A stretch of 51,640 nt of DNA from sequence record SRR22947725_1174; one strand, 5' to 3'. The notes beneath the pieces are model-generated. The model saw only the letters and a program-made list of their open reading frames with translations, searched no databases and was not told the DNA's origin. Position numbers and translations under genes: made by a program. Numbering within the stretch: the first letter of the stretch is position 1; each line of letters begins with the position of its first letter. Positions 28,183 to 36,896 of this stretch are shown piece by piece.

Positions 28183-29049
28183 TTATGACCCTCTTTTTCC
28201 CCAAACCATCTTTGTTTTAAGTGTCTGATAATAGTCATAGTCTTCAAAAGTAATAAATTTCACGTGGTGTTTTGCTTGTGAAATTTTTACCGTTGAATCG
28301 TTAGTAAAATTTTCAATATTTTGGCCATCAGAAATTAACTTTAGCTCCTTCTCTGAATCACCGTTAAATCTAAATTCTATATCAACATCAGCTGGTAAAA
28401 CTAAAGGTCGTGATGTTAGAGAGTGCGGAGCAATTGGAGTCACTATAATAGAAAATACATCGGGCTGGACAATTGGGCCTCCAGAAGATAAAGAGTATGC
28501 AGTTGATCCAGTAGGAGTGCTAATAATAATACCATCTGATTTGTAATCACTTACATGTTTTCCATCAATATACAAAGATAGAGAAGTTACTCTATAAGCT
28601 ATTTCATTTTGGACAACAAAATCGTTAATCGCAAAATGAGATTTATTACTATTGGAAATTTTGGCATCTAGAACCAATCTTTCTTGAGTAGTAGATTCAC
28701 CAACTTTAATCATATTTAACTTTTCAGTTAATTCTTTGGGTGTTATCTGTGCGAGGAATCCCAACCCTCCAATATGAACTCCTAAAACTGGCACAGTAGG
28801 GTTACTAAAAATTCTTACGCCTGCAATTAATGTACCATCACCACCTAAGCATAATAAAAAATCCACATCTGGCGGGACATTAGAGTGGTAAAAATTAGAG
28901 TGATTTGAAGCAATTTTTAGGTGCTTTAGGCTATCGGGTAAAAATAAATTAATATTATTATCTTTTGCCCATAGCATAACTTCATGGACCAATCCTGGAA
29001 CTTCTTTTTTTCCAGGATTTGCCCAAATAGCAAAACTTTTCGGTTTCAT
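28183..29049 (-). CDS. nadK: NAD kinase
   Basis: GGDGT, GGLGFL, IND, DGIIISTPTGSTAYSLSSGGP. Confidence 0.96.
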   Translation of the reverse strand: MKPKSFAIWANPGKKEVPGLVHEVMLWAKDNNINLFLPDSLKHLKIASNHSNFYHSNVPPDVDFLLCLGGDGTLIAGVRIFSNPTVPVLGVHIGGLGFLAQITPKELTEKLNMIKVGESTTQERLVLDAKISNSNKSHFAINDFVVQNEIAYRVTSLSLYIDGKHVSDYKSDGIIISTPTGSTAYSLSSGGPIVQPDVFSIIVTPIAPHSLTSRPLVLPADVDIEFRFNGDSEKELKLISDGQNIENFTNDSTVKISQAKHHVKFITFEDYDYYQTLKTKMVWGKRGS

Positions 29050-29058
29050 CTTAGTTAT

Positions 29059-29151
29059 CTATTTTTTCTTTTTATGTCTGTCTGCACGTAAACGTTTTTT
29101 ACGTTTATGTGTATTCATTTTTCTTTTTTTTCTTTTTTTACCGCAAGGCAT
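29059..29151 (-). CDS. Small ribosomal protein bS22/mS38-like (AURKAIP1/COX24 domain), 30 aa (not in ORF track)
   Basis: MPCGKKRKKRKMNTHKRKKRLRADRHKKKK*; SD-like AGGAG upstream; closely resembles the Bacteroidota bS22 pattern MPSGKKRKRHKxxTHKRKKR. Confidence 0.88.
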   Translation of the reverse strand: MPCGKKRKKRKMNTHKRKKRLRADRHKKKK

Positions 29152-29164
29152 CAAGTGCTCCTAT

Positions 29165-29455
29165 TTAATAATCTATTAATTCATCATTTACAGTTGTCTT
29201 CATTAATTTAGAAGGCTTAAAAACAGGTACATATCTTTCTGGTAAATAAACCGGATCTCCTGTCTTTGGATTTCGTGCTTTCTTTGGCAATCTATGCTTT
29301 ACAGCAAATGTACCAAACCCTCTTAATTCAATTTTTTCATTTTTACTCAATGTCGTAATAATTTCTTTGAAAGATGTATTAATAACAGCTTCCACTTCTA
29401 GTTTAGTTAATCCCGTTTTCTTTGAAACGCTATCTACTATATCTTGTTTAATCAT
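29165..29455 (-). CDS. HU/IHF-family DNA-binding protein
   Basis: IELRGFGTF, ARNPKTG, PVFKPSK. Confidence 0.95.
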   Translation of the reverse strand: MIKQDIVDSVSKKTGLTKLEVEAVINTSFKEIITTLSKNEKIELRGFGTFAVKHRLPKKARNPKTGDPVYLPERYVPVFKPSKLMKTTVNDELIDY

Positions 29456-29478
29456 AATAATAATTCTCCATCAAATTT

Positions 29479-31236
29479 TTACTTAACAAATAAGGTTAAT
29501 TTTTGACCGGGATAGATTCTAGAAGAATTTTTTCTAATACTATTCCACTCCCTAATCTTGCTAACCTCTAAGTTATGTTTGTCTGCTATTCCGCTTAAGG
29601 TGTCACCAGACTTGACAATATAAACATTTTTACTCGGAGTATCCTTATCTGGTTTACTGTTTACAAATAATGACAATTTCTGGTTGGGATAAATATTTGA
29701 AGTATTTCCCATATTATTCCACTTCCTTATTTCAGCTGCTCTCGTATTATATTGTTCTGCAATATGACCTAAAGTATCTCCACTCTTCACTTTATAAATA
29801 ATCTTTTCAGGATAGTTTGAATACACTCCACCTTTTACCGGAATTTTTAGACGCTGTCCAATAGTCAGCTTGTTAATATTGCTAATGTTGTTTATCGTCT
29901 GTAAATCTGCAACAGACACACGATATTTAGAAGCAATCGAAATGAAGTTTTCGCCCTTTCTAACTCGATGTTCTATTTTTTGTACTGCAAACTTTTGTTC
30001 ATCAGGTAGAGCATTAAATTTTTTATAGAAACTATCTTTCTTGCCATACGGTATATTAAGATTATAAGATCCACTTGATGGTGTTGCTGGCTGCCTTAAC
30101 TCTGGATTGAGACGTTGAATAGTACTTCGTTTTGTACCTGCAGCTTTTGCAAGGATGGTTAGGTCGGCACTTTTCTTAATAATGACTTCATCATATTTAA
30201 GAGGGTTAGACTTTGGAATTTTGAATCCATATTTTTCTGGATCTTTTAAAATAATTGCTGATGAAAGAAAGTATGGGATATAATTTTTAGTATCTTTGGG
30301 TAAAGAGTATAATTGCCAATAATCAGAGGTTTCATGTAATTTTAATGCACGATTAACTCTTCCTGGACCTGTGTTATAAGCCGCTAATACTAAATACCAA
30401 TCATCAAATTGCTTGTATAAATCTTTAAAATATTTAGCAGCTGCTTTTGTAGATTTTTCAGGATCTTGGCGCTCATCAATGTACCAATTTCTTTCTAGTC
30501 CATATTGCTTACCAGTTAGATACATAAATTGCCACAAACCTACCGCCTTAGCTCTTGATACTGCCTTTGGATCAAAACCAGACTCAATCATTGAAACAAC
30601 AATTAGCTCTTCAGGAAGATCATACTCTTGTAATATTGGTAGCATCATATCTCTATATTGAACATACCTTCTCAGCCAAATATTAAAACCTTTTCGTCCC
30701 TTACCTTGAAAATATCTAATATAACTCTCAACCTGTGAATTTATCACGAGTGGAATATGACCTTCTCTATCATCAATGATAGTAAATTTTGTTGTACCCA
30801 TTTCTACTGATTCATTCTGATTAGTTATTGATGCAATATCTCTTCTAATCAAGTCTGCTGTTAAGAATTGAGTTGAGCTACCTATTGTATTTAATCTTGT
30901 TGTATATATTTGAATAAAATCGGATTGGAATTTTTCAAATTCTATTTTATCAAGCTCTTCTCTTACTCCTAATTGTTCAACATCTGACAAAAGTTCAAAA
31001 ATTCTTTTAATATTATAAACAACCTCTACAGTATCCTGATTGACATCTGCTATTACCGCATCCGATAAAAATTGTTTTGCTTCGTTTAAAATAGATGAAA
31101 TACGATTTCCATTACCAAGAAAAGCTGCATCACTAGTATTCATGAATGGCTTCTTAGATTTTGGAATATTTGAATCTTGTCCCAGGATATAACCTGTTAA
31201 TATCATTAAAATTATATATGATTTAATCATTCTCAT
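29479..31236 (-). CDS. mltD: Lytic murein transglycosylase (MltD-like) with three C-terminal LysM domains
   Basis: IESGF, AVGLWQFM, AAYNTG; LysM repeats HRVRKGE, YKVKSGDTL, YIVKSGDTL. Confidence 0.9.
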   Translation of the reverse strand: MRMIKSYIILMILTGYILGQDSNIPKSKKPFMNTSDAAFLGNGNRISSILNEAKQFLSDAVIADVNQDTVEVVYNIKRIFELLSDVEQLGVREELDKIEFEKFQSDFIQIYTTRLNTIGSSTQFLTADLIRRDIASITNQNESVEMGTTKFTIIDDREGHIPLVINSQVESYIRYFQGKGRKGFNIWLRRYVQYRDMMLPILQEYDLPEELIVVSMIESGFDPKAVSRAKAVGLWQFMYLTGKQYGLERNWYIDERQDPEKSTKAAAKYFKDLYKQFDDWYLVLAAYNTGPGRVNRALKLHETSDYWQLYSLPKDTKNYIPYFLSSAIILKDPEKYGFKIPKSNPLKYDEVIIKKSADLTILAKAAGTKRSTIQRLNPELRQPATPSSGSYNLNIPYGKKDSFYKKFNALPDEQKFAVQKIEHRVRKGENFISIASKYRVSVADLQTINNISNINKLTIGQRLKIPVKGGVYSNYPEKIIYKVKSGDTLGHIAEQYNTRAAEIRKWNNMGNTSNIYPNQKLSLFVNSKPDKDTPSKNVYIVKSGDTLSGIADKHNLEVSKIREWNSIRKNSSRIYPGQKLTLFVK

Positions 31237-31275
31237 AAGGAAGGGAAATTATCTGTAAAGTAATTGAGAATCAAG

Positions 31276-31749
31276 TTAGTGTTTTTTTATTTTATCGATA
31301 TAGTTAGTTGAGCTATACCCATCATGAAATTTTAATAATTCTACTTTTCCGCCAGCATCAATGACTTCCTTTGACCCTACTACAGTATCTAATGTATAAT
31401 CTCCACCTTTTACTAGAATGTCTGGCATAATCATTTTAATTAATTTTAAAGGAGTTTGTTCCTTAAAACTGACAACATAATCTACGCACACTAATTCTGA
31501 AAGTAATAAAGATCTATCGGATAAAGAGTTAATTGGCCTTGATGGACCTTTTAAATTTTTTACAGATCCATCAGAATTAATACCGACAACCAATATATCT
31601 CCTAACAATTTTGCTTGAGATAAATATCTAATATGTCCTACATGCAAGATATCAAAACAACCGTTTGTAAATACAATTTTTTTATTACACTTCTTATTAG
31701 ATTTAATAGCATCTATACTATTTTCGAATTGATATTTATTATTATCCAT
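31276..31749 (-). CDS. hldC: D-glycero-beta-D-manno-heptose 1-phosphate adenylyltransferase (RfaE domain II/HldC)
   Basis: FTNGCFDILHVGH, GINSD, KGPSRP, LVKGGDY, SST. Confidence 0.92.
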   Translation of the reverse strand: MDNNKYQFENSIDAIKSNKKCNKKIVFTNGCFDILHVGHIRYLSQAKLLGDILVVGINSDGSVKNLKGPSRPINSLSDRSLLLSELVCVDYVVSFKEQTPLKLIKMIMPDILVKGGDYTLDTVVGSKEVIDAGGKVELLKFHDGYSSTNYIDKIKKH

Positions 31750-32443
31750 TTCTTAATTTAATAATTTGATCTTTAATACCCATCGTAATCTTATCACGAT
31801 CTTCATAAAGACTATTGCTTGTTTTTATAGGATTACCAAAAATAATAGTCACAATATTCGGGCTTTTTGTAAATAATCCTCTATTCCACCAGCTGTACGA
31901 ACCGATGATAGCAACAGGAATAATTGGTAGCCCAGTATCAATTCCAAGTACTGCAGCTCCCTTCTTAAAATCCTGTAAATTTCCATCCTTTGATCGTGAA
32001 CCTTCTGGAAAAATAGCAACTGAACGAGGATATTTTTTCATATCTAATTTTAAATTTTCTAATGATTTAATAGCATTTTTGTTATTCCTGCGATCTACAA
32101 ATACAAATCCTGCAGTTTTAATAATAGTATTGAATACAGGAATCCTATCTAATTCTTTTTTAGCAACAAAAACTAAATATTGATTAACTGCTATTAATAA
32201 AACTTGAAAATCAATTACTGATGAGTGGTTGGGCGCAAAAATATACTGCTTATTACAATCGAAATTTTCTCTACCAACAATTCTTAGTTTGATACCGAAC
32301 AGTCTTCCTAATGTCTTTCCCCAATTAATTCCATAATACTTAAAGTTACTTTTATTTTTTGAAAGCAAGATTGAGAACATTGACATTGTGCCATAAAAAA
32401 ATGTCCATATAAAAAGGTTTAGATAAACCCAAATTTTTTTCAA
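31742..32443 (-). CDS. plsC: 1-acyl-sn-glycerol-3-phosphate acyltransferase
   Basis: NHSSVID, FVDR, FPEGSRS, FKKG, IIPV; TTG start. Confidence 0.9.
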   Translation of the reverse strand: MKKIWVYLNLFIWTFFYGTMSMFSILLSKNKSNFKYYGINWGKTLGRLFGIKLRIVGRENFDCNKQYIFAPNHSSVIDFQVLLIAVNQYLVFVAKKELDRIPVFNTIIKTAGFVFVDRRNNKNAIKSLENLKLDMKKYPRSVAIFPEGSRSKDGNLQDFKKGAAVLGIDTGLPIIPVAIIGSYSWWNRGLFTKSPNIVTIIFGNPIKTSNSLYEDRDKITMGIKDQIIKLRNG

Positions 32444-33709
32444 TTATTTAATCTCCGCTAGGCCCAAATAAGGCTGCAGAGCTACGGGAATTGTAATTGA
32501 ACCGTCTTCATTTTGATGAGTTTCTAATAATGCAGCAAAAATTCTTGGAGTTGCAAGACCTGAGCCATTAAGTGTATGTACATAATCTACTTTACCACTT
32601 TCATCTCTGAATCGAATGTTTCCTCTTCTAGATTGAAAGTCTTCAAAATTACTACAAGAAGATACTTCTAGCCATTTTTCTTCACCTGGTGCCCAAACTT
32701 CTAAATCATAGCATTTTGCAGCTGAAAAACCTAAGTCTGCGGTACATAGCTCTATAATTCTATAATCAAGCTCTAATAAATCTAATAATTTTATTGCCTG
32801 ATTTTTTAAAGATTCTAGTTCTTCATATGAAGAATCTGGATGTACAAATTTTACTAACTCCACCTTATTGAACTGATGTACTCTAAGTAAGCCCCTGGTA
32901 TCTTTACCATAAGAACCCGCTTCTCTTCTAAAGCATGCAGAATTAGCTAAATAGTATTTTGGTATAGCAGATAATTCTAAGATTTCATCTTTATGGATAT
33001 TGGTTAATGGTACCTCTGCTGTTGGTATTAAATACAATTCATCTTTTTCTATATGATACATATCTTCATTAAATTTTGGTAATTGACCAGTCGTTATAGC
33101 AGAATTTGGCTTTACTAAAAATGGAGTAAAAAATTCTGTATAATTATAGTTTTTCAAATGAAAATCTATCATAAAATTAAGTAATGCCCTCTCAAGCAAT
33201 GCTCCATTACCTTTGTAAAGAGGAAATCCAGCACCAGAAATCTTTGCTCCTGCTTCAAAATCAACCAGATCAAGGTCTTCAGCAATATCAACGTGGCTTT
33301 TTGGTGAAAAGTTAATCTCTTTTTTTGATTTACAGTCCTTGATTAAAGCATTGTCTTTTTCTGATATTCCAATAGGAACGGAGCTATGAGGAATATTAGG
33401 AAGCTCTAAAAGCATGTCCTTTAAGTCTTTAGATTTAGTACGATGTTCTGCTTCAAGATCTTTAATAGTATTTGATAATTCTTTTAGCTTTGCAAAAACA
33501 GAGTCATCAGTCTTTCCTTCAGACTTTAAAATACCAATTTCTTTTGATTGTTGGTTTTGATCAGATTGTAAATCATTAAGTTTTTTTGTCAATTCTCTTA
33601 GGCTTAAATCAGTTGATACAATATTATCTAAATTTATTGATTTATCTCTTTTTGCAAGTCTATCTTGAATTAAAGACTGTTGCTCTCTTATATTTTTTAT
33701 ATCAATCAT
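32444..33709 (-). CDS. serS: Serine--tRNA ligase
   Basis: LIPTAEVP, FRREAG, RVHQFNKVE, EVSSCSN, HTLNGSGLA. Confidence 0.98.
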   Translation of the reverse strand: MIDIKNIREQQSLIQDRLAKRDKSINLDNIVSTDLSLRELTKKLNDLQSDQNQQSKEIGILKSEGKTDDSVFAKLKELSNTIKDLEAEHRTKSKDLKDMLLELPNIPHSSVPIGISEKDNALIKDCKSKKEINFSPKSHVDIAEDLDLVDFEAGAKISGAGFPLYKGNGALLERALLNFMIDFHLKNYNYTEFFTPFLVKPNSAITTGQLPKFNEDMYHIEKDELYLIPTAEVPLTNIHKDEILELSAIPKYYLANSACFRREAGSYGKDTRGLLRVHQFNKVELVKFVHPDSSYEELESLKNQAIKLLDLLELDYRIIELCTADLGFSAAKCYDLEVWAPGEEKWLEVSSCSNFEDFQSRRGNIRFRDESGKVDYVHTLNGSGLATPRIFAALLETHQNEDGSITIPVALQPYLGLAEIK

Positions 33710-33712
33710 CTT

Positions 33713-34948
33713 TTATAATTTAATTAATTCTTCTAAGATATTAACATTAATCATTTGTAAGGTAATATTTTCTTCATCTAGAATTTTAAGTTCATATTCT
33801 CCAGCATTTGAAATCTTTAATTTATTGAAATAGTAATCTGACATGGGATTAAGGTATAAGTTTTCTTCATGAATATGTATTCCATCCTTAAAGATATGAA
33901 TCTTAAAATCTTTCTTATTTGTATCAATACCATCTGAAAAACCATATATAAATACAGATTCATTTGTATAATAATTTTCATTACCTACAAAAAATTTATA
34001 GCTCAAATCTTTCTTTTTAGATACCCAGTCTATTGCTTCTTCAATGTATGTTTTGTCTCCTTGTAGTAAATATTTATATAAAAGCTTGTCATTTATCAGG
34101 ACTGATTTAAAATGATTTTTAGAAAAAAATGTTTTTTTTGAAATATTTTTTATATCACCTTTATTGGAAAGATTTATTCCAAATAAAGGAGCTATCTTTT
34201 GAAATGAATCTAAATCTTCTCCCCCTCCTTTAAACATTATCAAGGAAGTATTTTCAGAATATATTTTTTTGATGAAAAGGTTGAACCATCTATCTGAAAT
34301 GGGCATTTCAGGAAAATTATCAAAAATAACTATATCATATTTCTTAAACCAAAAGTCTTCAAAATTATGTACATGACTATCAAATGCTGGGAAGAAATGA
34401 TCAAAATTATTATCAATGTTACTTATAATAGCTCTGGAATTATAATTAAGAGTACCACTAATAAGTGCAATATCTAGCTTCTCAGTTTTTAAATTTGTGG
34501 TAAAGCTATGTCTATTATTGGATATATTGCTTTCTAACTTTAAACTAGAAAGTTTTATATCAAATAAATTGTTAAAATTAACATTGTCGTTTATTAGAAA
34601 TGACTGAAAATAAGTATGCTTATTAGAATATAGCTTCATTTTATCAGATGCTATTAGCTTTCCTCCATTAGATAATGTAATCTGAGTAAATCCATCTCCA
34701 TTTTGATTATTAATTTCAATATCAATATAAATAGATTTCTTATCAAATCGATTTGGATATACAATAACATTCTTTATTGCTATATCAACAATATCTTTTT
34801 TATGATCAGATTTGGCTATTTCTGATGTAATAACGTCCTGTATAGTGGGTTCGTTATTGATTTCACCAGTAAAAGAGTTTATATATAAAGATGTTGCTAA
34901 CCCACTAGCAATTAATAGTAAAAAAAATAGACTATAACTACCCTTCAT
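33713..34948 (-). CDS. Hypothetical exported or membrane-anchored protein
   Basis: 411-aa ORF with an N-terminal hydrophobic segment and beta-rich stretches; fits the operon with 2-3 nt gaps. Confidence 0.6.
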   Translation of the reverse strand: MKGSYSLFFLLLIASGLATSLYINSFTGEINNEPTIQDVITSEIAKSDHKKDIVDIAIKNVIVYPNRFDKKSIYIDIEINNQNGDGFTQITLSNGGKLIASDKMKLYSNKHTYFQSFLINDNVNFNNLFDIKLSSLKLESNISNNRHSFTTNLKTEKLDIALISGTLNYNSRAIISNIDNNFDHFFPAFDSHVHNFEDFWFKKYDIVIFDNFPEMPISDRWFNLFIKKIYSENTSLIMFKGGGEDLDSFQKIAPLFGINLSNKGDIKNISKKTFFSKNHFKSVLINDKLLYKYLLQGDKTYIEEAIDWVSKKKDLSYKFFVGNENYYTNESVFIYGFSDGIDTNKKDFKIHIFKDGIHIHEENLYLNPMSDYYFNKLKISNAGEYELKILDEENITLQMINVNILEELIKL

Positions 34949-34950
34949 TT

Positions 34951-35925
34951 CTAAAGAACCATTCCTCTAGAATAAGCAGAAAAATTTATACCTATTTTAG
35001 CTGTATTATTATTGATTTTTTTCTCTCCTAAAAATGCAATCATATCCGCATTGTCAGTACAATATTTCATAGATGGAAAAATGATAGTTTGTTCTAGTTC
35101 ACCTAATTTTTCTCTGAGTCTTTGATTTGCAGCAACCCCTCCGCAAACTATAGCCGTATTGATATTTAAATCATCCATAGAGTTTTTCATTTTTCCAACT
35201 AAACTATCAACGATTGCTTCTTGATAGCTAGCAGCAACATCATCCAAATTATATTCATTTTTATTAACACAATTAATAAGTGATGTTTTGAGTCCGCTAA
35301 AACTAAAATTGTATGTTCCGTCATTTATAATAGGTCTTGGAAAATCTATTAACTTTCTATTTCCAGTTATGGCTAACTTTTCTATTTCTGGTCCACCGGG
35401 ATAATTTAATCCCAATGTTTTTGCTCCTTTATCAAAAGCTTCTCCACAAGCATCATCTAAAGTTTCTCCTAATAAAGTATATTCAAACAGATTTTTTACA
35501 AGCCATATTTGAGTATGCCCTCCTGATACAAGCAAATTAATGAAAGGTGGATCTAGCTCTTCAAATTCAATAAAAGCTGAATTTAAATGAGCTTCTAAAT
35601 GATTAATTGGAATAATAGGGATACCTAAGCCTTGAGAAATCCCTTTTGCAAAAGAAATACCCGACAATAGGGAACCCATCAATCCTGGACCGCTCGTGAC
35701 TGCAATTGCCTCCAAATCTGAAAATTCTAAATTAGAATCTTTAAGAACTTTTTGTGTGATTTCAGGTAAAAATTTTTCATGCTCTCTCGAAGCAATCTCT
35801 GGGACTACTCCACCAAATTTTGAATGAATAGATTGTGTTTTTGTATAACTTGAAATTATTTTCGAATTATCACATATAGCAACGCCAGTTTCATCGCAAG
35901 ATGTCTCTATTCCTAGGATAATCAA
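34951..35925 (-). CDS. tsaD: tRNA N6-threonylcarbamoyltransferase
   Basis: LGIETSCDET, GGVVPEIASREH, NHLEAH, VSGGHT, GEAFDK, FSFSGLKT, TDNA. Confidence 0.97.
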   Translation of the reverse strand: MIILGIETSCDETGVAICDNSKIISSYTKTQSIHSKFGGVVPEIASREHEKFLPEITQKVLKDSNLEFSDLEAIAVTSGPGLMGSLLSGISFAKGISQGLGIPIIPINHLEAHLNSAFIEFEELDPPFINLLVSGGHTQIWLVKNLFEYTLLGETLDDACGEAFDKGAKTLGLNYPGGPEIEKLAITGNRKLIDFPRPIINDGTYNFSFSGLKTSLINCVNKNEYNLDDVAASYQEAIVDSLVGKMKNSMDDLNINTAIVCGGVAANQRLREKLGELEQTIIFPSMKYCTDNADMIAFLGEKKINNNTAKIGINFSAYSRGMVL

Positions 35926-36896
35926 TTTATTTCTTTAATGACTAAAATTTCTAAATTATTTGGAGATAAATCTTTCCACTCTAAAATAGAATCAGGAATT
36001 CTTACTTCTGGCGAATAAAATTGCTTATCTGCACTCCAAGACTTCTCAAAGTTAATTAAAACTTCTATATCAGTAGATACTATACTAGCAATTTGATCTA
36101 ATCCTCCAACAATAGTTAATGAAACTGTAGCGGGATTAACAAAAACATTTACGTCATTGGGCTTATTAATTAATTTAACAGGAATCCCCGTTACAATTGT
36201 TTCACTAATAGGTTGAATATCAATAAATCCTTTGACTTTTTTTGGATCAAAATCGACAACCTTATCAGGGTTAATAATCAAAAATTCAGACTCTATTGAT
36301 GACACTAAATCTACTAGGGTATCTTTTTGAGTTTTTACAAAATTAATAGAGTCGACGATTTCTTGAGGACCTCCGATACTAATAGAATCTGGAAAAAAGA
36401 CTTCTTCTCCAGCCTGTATATATCCCGGAGCTGTTGATACTATTACTTCTGATTTAATAGGTACTTTTTTTACTAAATATTGATCAAGATTAATTTTTAT
36501 ACTTCTAGGGGAAATAACTTCAACAAATTCTAATTCTAAAGACGCTGGTAAAACTATTTTTTCTGGATTATTTTTATAATACTGATCGAGTTCAAAGTTA
36601 TATTCATCTGCAATACTACTTAAATCTATGACAGCTTTGTAGTCTTCATAAAAATTATCGAAAAATCTTAGCCAAATAAATGCTCTACCCGATCCTTTTA
36701 AAGTAACAATAATACTTTCAGGAACCTCTTCCTTATATGTCTTCTGTTCTTGAAGATTTCGTGCAACTAAAGGAATTGATGTCGTAATAGAATAGGTATC
36801 TTCACTCTTAATAAAAAACCAAAAAATAAACGCAATAACAAAAGAATATAAAAGTCTTTTGATCTGGTTAGTATTAGTCAGCATCAGGTTGATCAA
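35922..36896 (-). CDS. YbbR/CdaR-like domain protein
   Basis: N-terminal TM (AFIFWFFI), repeated P-x-x-V/I-x-V/I-x-G units and KKVPI; exact start uncertain. Confidence 0.7.
   Translation of the reverse strand: MINLMLTNTNQIKRLLYSFVIAFIFWFFIKSEDTYSITTSIPLVARNLQEQKTYKEEVPESIIVTLKGSGRAFIWLRFFDNFYEDYKAVIDLSSIADEYNFELDQYYKNNPEKIVLPASLELEFVEVISPRSIKINLDQYLVKKVPIKSEVIVSTAPGYIQAGEEVFFPDSISIGGPQEIVDSINFVKTQKDTLVDLVSSIESEFLIINPDKVVDFDPKKVKGFIDIQPISETIVTGIPVKLINKPNDVNVFVNPATVSLTIVGGLDQIASIVSTDIEVLINFEKSWSADKQFYSPEVRIPDSILEWKDLSPNNLEILVIKEIN

Noticed and set aside
29059..29140. Long T-rich tract resembling a terminator or simple repeat
   Set aside because: Explained by the Lys/Arg codons of the bS22-like gene on the minus strand.
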